Positions 17,971 to 28,558 of a DNA stretch of 64,000 bases are shown piece by piece. The position numbers and the translations under genes were made by a program. The number at the start of each line of letters is the position of its first letter. Positions within the stretch are counted from its first letter, which is position 1. Location: the NCBI GenBank assembly GCA_041661385.1, contig JBAZUP010000001.1, positions 640,907 to 704,906 on the forward strand, read 5' to 3'. Source of the stretch: Patescibacteria group bacterium (GTDB taxonomy: Bacteria; Patescibacteriota; Patescibacteriia; Magasanikbacterales; GWA2-37-8). The notes beneath the pieces are model-generated. The model did not search any database and had not been told where the DNA came from. It saw only the letters and a program-made list of their open reading frames with translations.

Positions 17971-19290
17971 CTACCTGGTATATTTAAGCGGGTTAGCTCT
18001 TGCGCCATTAATAATAATTTCAAAGTGTGAATGAATACCAGTAACACCCCTAACTTTGCCGGTATTTCCCATAAGCGCGATCGTCTGTCCAGCATCAACC
18101 AAGTCACCCGGCGAAACCAAAAGCTTTGAATTGTGGCCATACAAAGATTTTACACCATCACCATGATCAATAATAATGTAACATCCGTAACCGCTATTCC
18201 AACCACATTGCGAAGTTAGAACTACACCGGACTTCGTAGCATAAATTGGTGATTGCCAAGGACCGCCGATATCAATGGCGTGGTGGGTGAAACCATAATA
18301 TTGCGTTATGGTGTGAGCAGAGCTTGGCCAAATAAATCCAGACAAAGACGGTGCAGATCTTGAGCTTGGCGGTGTTGGCACACGTGACGCTGATTGAGTT
18401 ACTCTTCGCACTACCGCAACCTGAGTTACCTGCGCTTTAACTCCGTTTGGCACCGCGATTCGCTCGCCAACCTTCATGTCGCTGCCGTCCGGCTTAAGAT
18501 TATTAAATTCCACAATTTCTTCAGCCTTACCGCCATATAATTTAGCAATTTTCCCCAGCGTATCTCCTTTTTTTACTGTATGCATTACTCCATCAGTTGG
18601 AGGAATATTCAAAACATCCCCCGGTCTTAACACAGAACGAAGCACCAAACCATTGTTCCACATGATAGTAGAAACACTGAGCCCAAAATCATAAGCAATA
18701 CTGCTCAACGAATCTCCTTGTTGAATGGTGTATTTTTCTTCCGTCTGACGTTTCGCGGTTGAAACCCCTCCCGAAATTAAGCCTGGCCGACTAATAGCGG
18801 AACCGCCAGCAATTGGCGCGCCTAAATAATAAATTTCATCCGTTGTCTGTCCGGCCGGCGCTAACTCAGAAATAGATATCGCGCCAGTCTTCCATGAATA
18901 ACTACTTACCGCGCTCTGGTTAGTCGGAGCAAATTCTTCTTCTAATTGAATTTCGTCGGATTCTCCGACCAGAGCATAAGCAAGCGTTTTTTGACCAACA
19001 TATGAAAGATCTTTTTTCCCGGAAATTTTTGTTTGTCCAATAGTAGTCAAAAACAGGGCAACAAAAATTATTACTTGGATAAAATCTCGCTTCCACACCC
19101 ATTCATTGCTTTGAGCAACACCAATTTTTTTAAGAAAAAAACCTATTCTAAGGCGAAGATGAATAATGTTTTGGGTAATTATTCCGGTTACAAAGCCAAT
19201 AACAAAATAAAGGCCGGATCCAACCCGCCAAAAAAATCTCTTTACATAGACCAAAAACTGCAAAAATTTTAACAGTACCCGGTATTTCAT
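17971..19290 (-). CDS. LysM-domain M23 family metallopeptidase
   Basis: two LysM repeats (DSLSSIAYDFGLSVSTIMWNN; DTLGKIAKLYGGKAEEIVEFN) and C-terminal M23 motifs (HHAIDIG, HGDGVKSLYGH, GNTGKVRGVTGIHSHFE). Confidence 0.8.
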   Translation of the reverse strand: MKYRVLLKFLQFLVYVKRFFWRVGSGLYFVIGFVTGIITQNIIHLRLRIGFFLKKIGVAQSNEWVWKRDFIQVIIFVALFLTTIGQTKISGKKDLSYVGQKTLAYALVGESDEIQLEEEFAPTNQSAVSSYSWKTGAISISELAPAGQTTDEIYYLGAPIAGGSAISRPGLISGGVSTAKRQTEEKYTIQQGDSLSSIAYDFGLSVSTIMWNNGLVLRSVLRPGDVLNIPPTDGVMHTVKKGDTLGKIAKLYGGKAEEIVEFNNLKPDGSDMKVGERIAVPNGVKAQVTQVAVVRRVTQSASRVPTPPSSRSAPSLSGFIWPSSAHTITQYYGFTHHAIDIGGPWQSPIYATKSGVVLTSQCGWNSGYGCYIIIDHGDGVKSLYGHNSKLLVSPGDLVDAGQTIALMGNTGKVRGVTGIHSHFEIIINGARANPLKYTR

Positions 19291-19370
19291 ATCTTGACTG
19301 AAACCTTATCTTAGCATAATATAGTGTTCAAATCAACCCTATTTATTTAATTATTTTAACCAGTATAAGT

Positions 19371-21356
19371 ATGGACATTGTGGTTTACACCGCTATTGTA
19401 CCTGCCCTACTCGCGATTTTGTATGGCGGTATTTTAATTCGTTGGATTCTTCGTCTTCCAACCGGAGACGAGCGCATGCAAGCTATATCGCGCGCTATTC
19501 AAGAGGGCGCCCAAGCTTTTTTGAAACGCCAATATACGACTATAGGCATCGTTGCTGCGATACTTTTTCCAATTATCGGACTTTGGGTTGATTGGATTAC
19601 CGCTTTTGGTTTCTTAACCGGAGCAGTCTTTTCCGGAGCAGCTGGTATTATTGGTATGAATGTTTCTGTTCGAGCCAATGTTCGTACTACCGAAGCGGCC
19701 AAAAAAGGTTTCAAAGAAGCCCTTCAAGTAGCAGTGCGCGGCGGTTCCATCACCGGAATGCTTGTCGCCGGACTTGGTCTTTTGTCAGTTGCCGGTTTTT
19801 ATTTAATTACTAAAGATGTTTCCGCCCTAATTGGTCTTGGCTTCGGCGGAAGTTTAATTTCGGTTTTTGCCCGTATTGGCGGTGGTATTTATACCAAAGC
19901 CGCTGACGTCGGCGCTGATCTAGTTGGTAAAGTTGAAAAAGGTATTCCTGAAGACGACCCACGCAACCCCGCCGTTATTGCCGACAATGTCGGAGATAAT
20001 GTTGGAGATTGCGCTGGTATGGCCGCGGATCTTTTTGAGACCTATGCCATCACTATGATTGCCGCGATGGTTCTTGCAAATTTATTATTTCCTGCCAACA
20101 CAAAAATTCTTATCTATCCTTTAGTTCTCGGTGGAGCTTCACTCATCGCTTCGATTGCTGGAACTTTTGCGATTCGCCTTGGTAAAGATAAAAATGTCAT
20201 GGGCGCTCTTTATAAGGGCCTCCTTGCCGCCGGTGTTTTATCACTAATTGCTTTCTACCCAATTACCAACTGGCTCGCCTCGAGCACAACACTAAACCCA
20301 ACCAAATTATTTGGAACTGCTGTGGTTGGTTTGGTTTTGACCGCTATTATGGTTTGGCTAACTGAATATTACACCGCCACCAAATATGCTCCAGTTCGAC
20401 ATATCGCCAAAGCCAGCGTCACCGGTCATGGTACAAATGTTATCGCCGGTTTAGCTGTTTCAATGAAATCAACTGCCCTTCCAGTTATTGCGATTGTTGC
20501 TTCAATTTTAACTTCCTATTCTCTTGCTGGTATTTACGGCATTGCGGTCGCTGCGGTTTCCATGCTTTCTCTCGCGGGTATTATTATTACAATTGATGCC
20601 TATGGACCAATCACTGACAACGCGGGCGGCATCGCCGAAATGGCCGAGCTTCCAGAATCCGTGCGCGATATTACTGATCCGCTTGATGCGGTTGGTAACA
20701 CCACCAAAGCCGTTACTAAAGGTTATGCGATCGCGAGCGCCGGTCTTGCCTCACTCGTCTTGTTCGCGGATTTCACTCACAAAATTCCTTCCACAATAGT
20801 TTTCTCAATCAACGATCCAAAAGTTCTCTCCGGTTTATTTATTGGCGGTCTTCTCCCCTATTTGTTTGGCGCCATGCTAATGGAATCCGTCGGAAAGGTA
20901 GCTCAAAAAGTTGTCGAGGAAGTTCGCAGACAATTCAAAGAAATTCCGGGTATTATGGAAGGCAGCGCGAAACCAGATTACAGCAAAGCCTCAGATATCG
21001 TTACCCGTGACGCACTTCGCCAAATGATCGTTCCGTCTTTACTTCCAATCGTGGTGCCAATTTTAGTTGGCGCATTCCTTGGTATCGAAGCTCTTGGCGG
21101 ATTACTCGTTGGTACTATCGTTACCGGTCTTTTCGTCGCTATTTCCATGACCACCGGTGGTGGCGCTTGGGACAATGCTAAGAAATATATCGAACAAGGC
21201 AATCACGGTGGCAAGGGTTCTTTTGCCCACCAGGCTGCTGTTACCGGTGACACGGTAGGTGATCCATACAAGGACACTGCTGGCCCCTCCATTAACCCAA
21301 TGATTAAGGTTGCAAACATTGTCGCTTTGCTTATCGTTGGATTACTGTTAAAATAA
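19371..21356 (+). CDS. hppA: membrane-bound H+/Na+-translocating pyrophosphatase
   Basis: 661 aa polytopic; [57 protein letters not shown] signature motifs. Confidence 0.9.
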   Translation: MDIVVYTAIVPALLAILYGGILIRWILRLPTGDERMQAISRAIQEGAQAFLKRQYTTIGIVAAILFPIIGLWVDWITAFGFLTGAVFSGAAGIIGMNVSVRANVRTTEAAKKGFKEALQVAVRGGSITGMLVAGLGLLSVAGFYLITKDVSALIGLGFGGSLISVFARIGGGIYTKAADVGADLVGKVEKGIPEDDPRNPAVIADNVGDNVGDCAGMAADLFETYAITMIAAMVLANLLFPANTKILIYPLVLGGASLIASIAGTFAIRLGKDKNVMGALYKGLLAAGVLSLIAFYPITNWLASSTTLNPTKLFGTAVVGLVLTAIMVWLTEYYTATKYAPVRHIAKASVTGHGTNVIAGLAVSMKSTALPVIAIVASILTSYSLAGIYGIAVAAVSMLSLAGIIITIDAYGPITDNAGGIAEMAELPESVRDITDPLDAVGNTTKAVTKGYAIASAGLASLVLFADFTHKIPSTIVFSINDPKVLSGLFIGGLLPYLFGAMLMESVGKVAQKVVEEVRRQFKEIPGIMEGSAKPDYSKASDIVTRDALRQMIVPSLLPIVVPILVGAFLGIEALGGLLVGTIVTGLFVAISMTTGGGAWDNAKKYIEQGNHGGKGSFAHQAAVTGDTVGDPYKDTAGPSINPMIKVANIVALLIVGLLLK

Positions 21357-21464
21357 ACGGTATACTGCCGTTTGAAATTACGTCGCTCTCCCCAAATAAA
21401 AACACACTTTTACTTGCGGGTTCGCTAGCAATTATAAACTGGTTACTAAACTAATCTAAATCGT

Positions 21465-22028
21465 ATGTCACCAGAACGACCCGGCTTTCGCCCCCCGGAA
21501 ATGAATGACAACCCCAAACCGACGACGGAAGAAATTAAGAACGATGGTTGGCTTGGAAAAATCAGAAAAACTATGGGAGAAAAAATTGCTTTAGCTGGCC
21601 TAGTTGGAACGCTTGCCGGCTCCCCAGAGTCTGCAGAAGCCCAGCCTCAAAAAAATAAAGCTGAACACTCTCATAGACTCAAGGCTTATGATGGTCCGGT
21701 TCTCATAAATGTAAACGCTGAAAAAGAGTACGCCGCGAGACATAAAAAATATCAACAACTCTCAAATCCTGATCAGGCCGAATTGGAAGATCGAATCCAA
21801 ACGGAAAAATCAAATACGCGCGAGCTCGAGCATTTTATTAAAGAAATAAAGAAATCCCATCCTGGAAAAGAAGGCCAAGCAATAATCAACGAACTTCTTA
21901 ATATTACCGGATCAACTGTCGATGGTTCAGGCACAGTTACAAGTACTGTAATGGATGCTTTTGAAGCCCAATACTTAATCAGAAACCACTCGAAGTTTTA
22001 TAAAGTTACCCTGGAATCAGCCAAATAA
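21465..22028 (+). CDS. hypothetical protein
   Basis: 187 aa, charged/low complexity; no recognisable domain. Confidence 0.35.
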   Translation: MSPERPGFRPPEMNDNPKPTTEEIKNDGWLGKIRKTMGEKIALAGLVGTLAGSPESAEAQPQKNKAEHSHRLKAYDGPVLINVNAEKEYAARHKKYQQLSNPDQAELEDRIQTEKSNTRELEHFIKEIKKSHPGKEGQAIINELLNITGSTVDGSGTVTSTVMDAFEAQYLIRNHSKFYKVTLESAK

Positions 22029-22119
22029 ATTATATAATTCGAAATCAAAGTCAGCCCGCTCGGGTTGACTTTTTGTTTTACTTACGCTAAACTCCGTTCA
22101 TAATTTTATTATTCTATTT

Positions 22120-23403
22120 ATGTCTTACGAAGTAAAAAAACTCGACAAATCACAGCTTGAACTTACTTTCACCGTTACCCCAGCTGAATATCAAAAAGAT
22201 ATTGAGGGGGCCGCCGTACGCCTGTCCGAACGCGCTGCCATCAAAGGCTTTCGACCTGGCAAAGCACCATATGAAATAGTTAAACAACAGGTCGGTGAGC
22301 TTAAAATACTTGAGGAAGCAGCTGAGAAAATAGTTCAACGCCTTTATTTTGAAGCAATCAAAACCGAAAAGGCCGCCGCTATCGGCATGCCACAAATTCA
22401 TGTGGAAAAACTTGCACCTGGTAATGATTTTGTGTTTACCGCAACCGTTGCGCTTTTACCGAACGTAAAGCTGCCGGATTTAAAAACCATCTCTGTTAAA
22501 TCTGAACTAAAGGTCGCCGGCGATAAAGATGTAGACGAGGCCCTTGGTCATATTCAAAAAATGCAGCCTAAAGAGGAGCCAAAAGACGGCCCAGCGACTA
22601 AAGACGATAAAATGACGATTGATATGCAGATGTTCCTTGACCGAGTGCCGGTTGAAGGCGGACAGGCAAAAAACCACCAAGTTTACCTTTCGGAGGCCCA
22701 CTATATCCCGGGTCTTGCTGAACAGCTGGTTGGCCTCAAAAAAGCCGATACCAAAGAATTTAGCCTTCCTTTCCCAAAAGAACACTATCAAAAACACTTA
22801 GCCGGAAAAGTAATTGATTTTAAAATTTCGGTTAATGATGTTTACTCTCTTACATACGCGACGCTTGACGATGAATTTGCAAAAACTCTCGGCCAAGAAA
22901 GTCTTGCCAAACTAAAAGAGTTACTGCTTGCAAATATTTCGCGTGAAAATGAAGAACGCGAAAAGCGCCGTTTTGAAGAAGCGTTACTCGAACAGATTAT
23001 TGAAAAGAGCAAGTTTGACGAATTACCAACCTTACTTGTTGATTCAGAAAAGAAAAAAATGTTTTTTGAATTGAAACATGATTTACAACGACGCGGTATT
23101 GAAATGGACAAATATCTTTCTGATATAAAAAAATCTGAGGAACAAATTTATAAAGATTTTGCGGAAGGTGCCGACAAGCGTGCCCGCGCCGCACTGGTCT
23201 CTAGACAGGTCGCTGTAGAAAACAATATTTCTGTTTCAAAAGAAGAACTGGAAAAAGAAATTGCTGAAATTAAACTTGCTTACCCTGGCGACGTTAATGT
23301 CGAAGAAAATTTAAAACGACCGGAAGTTTTAGAAACCGTCGCTTCAACTGTTCAAAACCGTAAAGTGGTGGACTTTCTGCGAGCTGCAGTATCAAAAAAA
23401 TAG
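22120..23403 (+). CDS. tig: trigger factor
   Basis: 427 aa; N-terminal ribosome-binding region with GFRPGKAP motif, overall trigger-factor architecture. Confidence 0.85.
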   Translation: MSYEVKKLDKSQLELTFTVTPAEYQKDIEGAAVRLSERAAIKGFRPGKAPYEIVKQQVGELKILEEAAEKIVQRLYFEAIKTEKAAAIGMPQIHVEKLAPGNDFVFTATVALLPNVKLPDLKTISVKSELKVAGDKDVDEALGHIQKMQPKEEPKDGPATKDDKMTIDMQMFLDRVPVEGGQAKNHQVYLSEAHYIPGLAEQLVGLKKADTKEFSLPFPKEHYQKHLAGKVIDFKISVNDVYSLTYATLDDEFAKTLGQESLAKLKELLLANISRENEEREKRRFEEALLEQIIEKSKFDELPTLLVDSEKKKMFFELKHDLQRRGIEMDKYLSDIKKSEEQIYKDFAEGADKRARAALVSRQVAVENNISVSKEELEKEIAEIKLAYPGDVNVEENLKRPEVLETVASTVQNRKVVDFLRAAVSKK

Positions 23404-23407
23404 TTTA

Positions 23408-23441
23408 CAAAGACACCCCTAAGCCGGGTGTCTTTTTTTTT
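23408..23441 (+). terminator. rho-independent terminator after tig
   Basis: gacaccc-ctaagcc-gggtgtc then ttttttttt. Confidence 0.65.
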
Positions 23442-23475
23442 GCCTTGTTGTATACTATATCAATAGTATTACCCT

Positions 23476-24318
23476 ATGCTTTTTGGTGCTCATGTATCCA
23501 TTGCCGGCGGCATTTTCAACGCCCCGTTAAACGCCGCACAAATTGGTGCGGAAGTTTTTCAAATTTTCTCGCGCTCGCCTCACGGTGGTAAACCCTCCCC
23601 GCTTACACCTTCTGTTTTAAGCTTGTTTAAGCAAAATCTTGCCCTCACCGGTATTCCAGAGTTTTATATTCATACCCCCTACTTTATTAACTTTTCCTCG
23701 AACACAAAACGTATTCAATATGGGTCGATCTCCGTAGTACGCGGCGAACTTGAGCGCGCGACCCTGCTTGGAGCAAAATATGTCATGACCCACCTTGGCA
23801 GCTATAAAGACTTAGGTAAAACGACCGGACTAAAACAAACAATTGAGGGGTTTGAAAAAGTTTTAAAAGGATATCAAGGTACTGCTGAACTGCTCATTGA
23901 AAATTCGGCCGGCGCCGGTGATGTTGCTGGTGATACTTTTGAAGAAATTGCTGAAATTATTTTTGATAAAAAACTTGCTAAATATAAAATTGGCGTTTGT
24001 TACGACACACAGCATGCTTTTGCTAGCGGCTACGACGAGCGTACCGGTGAAGCGGTTAAAAATACTTTTAATAAGTTTGATAAAGAAATTGGTTTGAATA
24101 AAATAAAATTATTTCACTGCAATGATTCTCTGGTTGAGTTCGGTCACAAAACTGATCGCCACGAACATATCGGTAAAGGAAAAATTGGCGCGGCTGGTTT
24201 TGAAGAAATATTTAAATTTTTTAAAAAGAACAAAGTGAATTATATTTTAGAAACAAAACCGGATTTTATTGGTGAGGATTTATCGCTTGTGAAAAGTTTA
24301 CGTGCAAAACTTTTATGA
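23476..24318 (+). CDS. nfo: deoxyribonuclease IV (endonuclease IV)
   Basis: MLFGAHVSIAGG start, xylose-isomerase-like TIM barrel with conserved His/Asp/Glu metal ligands (HCNDS, ETKPD). Confidence 0.85.
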   Translation: MLFGAHVSIAGGIFNAPLNAAQIGAEVFQIFSRSPHGGKPSPLTPSVLSLFKQNLALTGIPEFYIHTPYFINFSSNTKRIQYGSISVVRGELERATLLGAKYVMTHLGSYKDLGKTTGLKQTIEGFEKVLKGYQGTAELLIENSAGAGDVAGDTFEEIAEIIFDKKLAKYKIGVCYDTQHAFASGYDERTGEAVKNTFNKFDKEIGLNKIKLFHCNDSLVEFGHKTDRHEHIGKGKIGAAGFEEIFKFFKKNKVNYILETKPDFIGEDLSLVKSLRAKLL

Positions 24319-24536
24319 TTTTAACTGTAAAAATTTCTCCTCGTTCTTCTCGAAATGAAATTAAAAAAAACTTGGACGGCTCACTTAAGATTTACTTAAC
24401 CTCCGCACCCGTCGACAATAAGGCGAACGAGGCTTTAATAAAAATGCTCGCCGAATATTTTGAGGTTGGAAAAACTAAAATAAAAATTGTCCGGGGCCGG
24501 ACAAGTAAAAACAAAACTATTGAGATCCTTATTTAA
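24315..24536 (+). CDS. DUF167/YggU-family protein
   Basis: 73 aa; LKIYLTSAPVDNKANEALIKMLAEYF typical of UPF0235/DUF167. Confidence 0.7.
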   Translation: MILTVKISPRSSRNEIKKNLDGSLKIYLTSAPVDNKANEALIKMLAEYFEVGKTKIKIVRGRTSKNKTIEILI

Positions 24537-24804
24537 CCGGATCGTCTCCCCCTTTGTTCCACGGATTACATCGTAAAATTCTCCAAGCTGTTAATGGCAG
24601 GCCAACAATAAGGCCTTTTTTTAATATTGTTTGATACCCATATTCACTACAAGTTGGATTAAACCGGCACATTCCATATGGAAAAGCCGCTTTTAACAGC
24701 CCGTGATCGGGTGAAATGGTTTTTTGATATATTTTTATCAGAATCAGTACCGGCATCCTCGGTAAAAATATGATTTTATTAATTACTTGCTTAATTTTAG
24801 TCAT
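24529..24804 (-). CDS. yidD: membrane protein insertion efficiency factor YidD
   Basis: KTISPDHGLL...CRFNPTCSEYGYQTILKKG conserved YidD motifs; in rpmH-rnpA-yidD context. Confidence 0.8.
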   Translation of the reverse strand: MTKIKQVINKIIFLPRMPVLILIKIYQKTISPDHGLLKAAFPYGMCRFNPTCSEYGYQTILKKGLIVGLPLTAWRILRCNPWNKGGDDPVK

Positions 24805-25213
24805 TTATTAATTTTGATTTAATAAATAATAATTTTATTTCTTTGCTAATCTCAGCGAAAGGAATTATATGTTTTATATTTTTAATGGCTGTTTTTGGTA
24901 AATTCGGAACAATCAATATATAACCACCCTCTTCAATCAGTTTTTTTGTGATAAGGGGCTGAACAGCCTCGAAGATCTGTCGGCGTAGTTTATTTCGCTC
25001 AACTGCCTTTTTTGAATATTTTATACCCACCGAAACCGCTATTTTTAGCTGTTTATTAACTTTATCAAGATCTTTTTTTAAAATAATAATCTTGTTTATT
25101 TCGCTAAGCTTCAATAGTTTTAATGATAACTGTTCAGCTTTAAACCATCGTCCATGTTTTAAGACGATTTCGAAGTCGCGTTTTTTTGTCATTCTTAAAT
25201 TTTTTGGCAGCAT
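24797..25213 (-). CDS. rnpA: ribonuclease P protein component
   Basis: 138 aa basic protein directly downstream of rpmH; KKRDFEIV...GRWFKAEQLSL matches RnpA RNR-motif region. Confidence 0.75.
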   Translation of the reverse strand: MLPKNLRMTKKRDFEIVLKHGRWFKAEQLSLKLLKLSEINKIIILKKDLDKVNKQLKIAVSVGIKYSKKAVERNKLRRQIFEAVQPLITKKLIEEGGYILIVPNLPKTAIKNIKHIIPFAEISKEIKLLFIKSKLIND

Positions 25214-25279
25214 GTCATTATTATACCTTGATTTCTCATAATTAAAAAACCCTCACTTGAGATGAGGGTTTTAGAAAGA

Positions 25280-25459
25280 TTAACTTCGGAAGCGGCGGAG
25301 TTTTCCGCGATTTTCATCTGAAACTGTAAGTTTCTTGCGACCCTTGGCGCGGCGACGAGCTAAAACAGTGCGGCCGTTTTTGGTTGCCATTCTCGACATG
25401 AAACCGTGTGCTCTTGCACGCTTGCGTTTCTTTGGCTGATAAGTTCGCTTTGTTGACAT
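25280..25459 (-). CDS. rpmH: 50S ribosomal protein L34
   Basis: Not in ORF track (59 aa). Manual translation [59 protein letters not shown]; classic rpmH upstream of rnpA. Confidence 0.85.
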   Translation of the reverse strand: MSTKRTYQPKKRKRARAHGFMSRMATKNGRTVLARRRAKGRKKLTVSDENRGKLRRFRS

Positions 25460-25559
25460 ATAACACTATTCAAATTAAAGTGTGTATATTCTACCTGAAG
25501 ACTTATGAAAAGTCAAGGGTGCCGATCATTCACACCTTTCTTTATAAAGCAAATAAAAG

Positions 25560-25599
25560 TTATCCACATTTTTGCTTTTTTATCCACATTTTATCCACC
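25560..25599 (+). promoter_or_regulatory. three direct DnaA boxes (oriC/dnaA-promoter region between rpmH and dnaA)
   Basis: TTATCCACA at 25560-25568 and 25580-25588, TTATCCACC at 25591-25599; AT-rich tract follows. Confidence 0.7.
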
Positions 25600-25686
25600 G
25601 ATAACTCATTTTTTTGTTTATTCTTAGCCAAAAAAATGTTATAATTTTTTCACTTTGTATATATTTGGCTAATTTTACGCAATATT

Positions 25687-27102
25687 ATGACAAACATTGA
25701 AGTCTGGCAGGCTGTTTTGGCCGAATTAGAGCTTTCTATCTCTAAAGCAAACTTTATTACTTGGTTTAAAAATACAGGAATTATCGCAAACCAGCAGGGT
25801 CAGGTGCTACTTTGTGTACCAAACGCCTTTACTAAGGCCTGGCTTGAAAAGAAATATCACGCCCAAATCGTGAAATCACTAGAACGAATTACCGGTAAAC
25901 CAATAAAAAAGGTAGAATACAAGATTGAAAATATCAAAAACGTTGCTGAACAAACGGAAAACGAACCGGTTTCTGACCTCAACCAAGCCACCCAGCAAAA
26001 AAGTGAAGCTTTTTCTCAAACTCCTTCATCTCCTAGTGAACCACTTACGCGCCCCCTTCCAGTCAATGGTGGTTTTTCAATCAATCCAAAATACACTTTT
26101 GAGAGTTTTGTTGTTGGTAAAGGCAGCGAACTTGCTTACGCGGCTGCCCAAGCAGTTACCTCAAGGCCTGGCGAGTCCTACAATCCATTATTTATATATG
26201 GCGGAGTTGGTCTTGGAAAAACTCACCTTATTCAAGCGGTAGGCAATGCGTTACTTAAGAAAAATCCTCGGATGAACATTATGTATGTTAGCGCGGAGAA
26301 ATTTTCTAATGATTTTATTTCTTCTATTAAAGAAGGTGCCGCCCGCGACTTTCAGAATCGTTATCGTCATATTGATTTGCTTCTTATTGACGATATTCAA
26401 TTTATCGCCGGTAAAGACCGAACTCAAGAATCTTTTTTCCACACCTTTAATGAACTCCACCAACAAAATAAACAGGTTATAATAACCTCCGATCGTCCAC
26501 CCAAAGCAATTCCAGCACTTGAGGATCGCCTTAAGTCGCGTTTTGAGTGGGGAATGATTGCCGATGTTTCAGCTCCTGATTTTGAAACCCGCACCGCGAT
26601 TTTAGAAAAAAAATGCACCGAAAAGAACTTTCCTTTACCAATTAAGATTTTGGAATTAATAGCGGTTACTATTCAAAGCAATATTCGTGAATTAGAGGGC
26701 GCTTTGAATAAAATTATCGTTTTTCACCAACTCAAGAACATTCCTCCTTCTCTAGAATCTGTTAAAGTCTTGTTGTCTAGCGCAACGTCTAATTCCGGTC
26801 GTCGTTCGCTTTCTCCAACTCAATTAATTGATGTGGTAGCAGACTTTTTTTCGCTAAGTAAAGAGGAATTAACCGGTAAAAAGCGAGAAAAAAAGATCTC
26901 TACACCAAGACAAATTATCATGTACTTGATGAGAGAAGAGTTAAAAATGTCTTACCCAGCAATAGGGGAGGAGCTTGGGGGGCGAGACCACACCACCGCG
27001 ATGCATGCACATGAGAAAATTAAAGACGATTTAGAGAAGTTTCCACAGGTTGGAAAAGACTTAAGTGAAATTAGACAGCGCTTGTTTGTTAATAACGTTT
27101 AA
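25687..27102 (+). CDS. dnaA: chromosomal replication initiator DnaA
   Basis: 471 aa; Walker A GGVGLGKTHL, sensor/box VII, C-terminal DNA-binding domain (KKISTPRQIIMYLMRE...TTAMHAHEK). Confidence 0.95.
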   Translation: MTNIEVWQAVLAELELSISKANFITWFKNTGIIANQQGQVLLCVPNAFTKAWLEKKYHAQIVKSLERITGKPIKKVEYKIENIKNVAEQTENEPVSDLNQATQQKSEAFSQTPSSPSEPLTRPLPVNGGFSINPKYTFESFVVGKGSELAYAAAQAVTSRPGESYNPLFIYGGVGLGKTHLIQAVGNALLKKNPRMNIMYVSAEKFSNDFISSIKEGAARDFQNRYRHIDLLLIDDIQFIAGKDRTQESFFHTFNELHQQNKQVIITSDRPPKAIPALEDRLKSRFEWGMIADVSAPDFETRTAILEKKCTEKNFPLPIKILELIAVTIQSNIRELEGALNKIIVFHQLKNIPPSLESVKVLLSSATSNSGRRSLSPTQLIDVVADFFSLSKEELTGKKREKKISTPRQIIMYLMREELKMSYPAIGEELGGRDHTTAMHAHEKIKDDLEKFPQVGKDLSEIRQRLFVNNV

Positions 27103-27118
27103 AATTTGTTAATAACAC

Positions 27119-27378
27119 TGTTGATAAAGATGTTGATAAACTCTTAATAAGGCCAAATAATAATCCACAGTAGAAATTTTTTAAGACTTACTTATCCACA
27201 CTAAAAATATTTAATCTAACTTATCAACACTTAGACGATAAACTACTAACAAAAAATATTTTTTTTACCCACACGGTTTTCCGCTCTGATTAAAGTAAAT
27301 TTCGACTTATCCCACCTTTCCACACCCCTTATTATTATTAATTCAATATATATATAAATAATTAGTATACTATTAATA
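27119..27378 (+). promoter_or_regulatory. oriC candidate: DnaA-box cluster plus AT-rich unwinding element between dnaA and dnaN
   Basis: TGTTGATAA x2 (27119, 27131), TTATCCACA (27192), TTATCAACA (27221), TTATCCCAC (27307); aattcaatatatatataaataatt AT-rich DUE 27331-27378. Confidence 0.7.
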
Positions 27379-27388
27379 GACGTGTTGT

Positions 27389-28513
27389 ATGAAAATTTCT
27401 TGCACCAAAGAAAATCTAACACAGGCTCTTACATTGGTAAGTGGGGCGACTGGTAAAAATATTAACTTGCCAATTTTAAATAACATCCTAATTAAAGTTT
27501 CTGAAAACAAAACTGAATTTATAACAACAAATTTAGAACTTGCTGTAATAGTAGTGGTAAGAGCAAAAATAGAAGAAATTGGATCTTTTACTGTTCCTGC
27601 TAGAACCTTAACAGATATAGTTAATCTGTTACCAAATGAAAATATTCAATTTTCTGTTAAAGATAATGAATTAATAGTTACTTGTGGAAAATCATCAACA
27701 AAAATAAAAGGCACCCTAGCAGATGATTTCCCGATAATTCCATCTCTACCAACCGGAAAAGGGTATTTATTGAATGCGGTTTCTCTAAAACAGGGGCTTT
27801 CTGATGTTTTATCATCAGCGGCGAAAAATGATATTAGGCCTGAATTATCGGGTATTTTCTGTTATTTTGATACAAATGAAAAAAGAGTTGTTTTGGCCGC
27901 GACAGATAGTTATCGATTAGCTGAGAAAAAAATTAAATTAGAACAAGGAGATGAAGAATTAAAAATTATCATCCCCGCAAAAAGCGCCCAAGAAATTAAT
28001 CATTTACTTAATACAACCAGCGAAGAAGGAGAAAAAGAAAAAAACGCCAAAATTTTAGTAGGGGACAATCAAATTGTTGTTTCTTTTAATAATGCTCAAA
28101 TTATTTCGAGGCTAGTTGAGGGTCAATATCCGGATTATACACAAATCATCCCCAAAGACTTTAATATTATAATAACAGCTGATACAGAAAAATTTATTAA
28201 GGAAATGAAGGCGGCTGGTCTTTTTACTACAACCGGTGTAAATTCAATTGCATTAAATATAAAAGCAAAAACTGGTGTTGTGGAAATTTCATCAGTATCA
28301 AGCCAAACCGGTGAATATAAATCAGAATTGCAAACTGAAATAAAGGGCGGAGATGGAACGATTATGTTGAATAATAGATATGTACTTGATGGTTTAAATA
28401 ATTTTAACAGCGCCGAGTTACAGTTGAAAATAATAAATGCTGATAGTGCTTGTGTGATAACTCCAAAAGGAGATGAAAGTTATTTGTATATTGTAATGCC
28501 GATCCGACAATAA
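27389..28513 (+). CDS. dnaN: DNA polymerase III beta sliding clamp
   Basis: 374 aa immediately after dnaA; three-domain clamp architecture. Confidence 0.9.
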   Translation: MKISCTKENLTQALTLVSGATGKNINLPILNNILIKVSENKTEFITTNLELAVIVVVRAKIEEIGSFTVPARTLTDIVNLLPNENIQFSVKDNELIVTCGKSSTKIKGTLADDFPIIPSLPTGKGYLLNAVSLKQGLSDVLSSAAKNDIRPELSGIFCYFDTNEKRVVLAATDSYRLAEKKIKLEQGDEELKIIIPAKSAQEINHLLNTTSEEGEKEKNAKILVGDNQIVVSFNNAQIISRLVEGQYPDYTQIIPKDFNIIITADTEKFIKEMKAAGLFTTTGVNSIALNIKAKTGVVEISSVSSQTGEYKSELQTEIKGGDGTIMLNNRYVLDGLNNFNSAELQLKIINADSACVITPKGDESYLYIVMPIRQ

Positions 28514-28519
28514 TTTATA

Positions 28520-28547
28520 AAAAAAACCGCCACGTGGCGGTTTTTTG
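28520..28547. terminator. bidirectional rho-independent terminator
   Basis: aaaaaaccgccac-gtggcggtttttt palindrome between convergent dnaN and nrdB. Confidence 0.7.
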
Positions 28548-28558
28548 TTTTATATTGT

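Noticed and set aside
25408-25644. 78-aa plus-strand ORF spanning the rpmH start and the DnaA-box cluster
   Set aside because: Overlaps the conserved rpmH gene on the opposite strand and the DnaA-box/oriC region; spurious.
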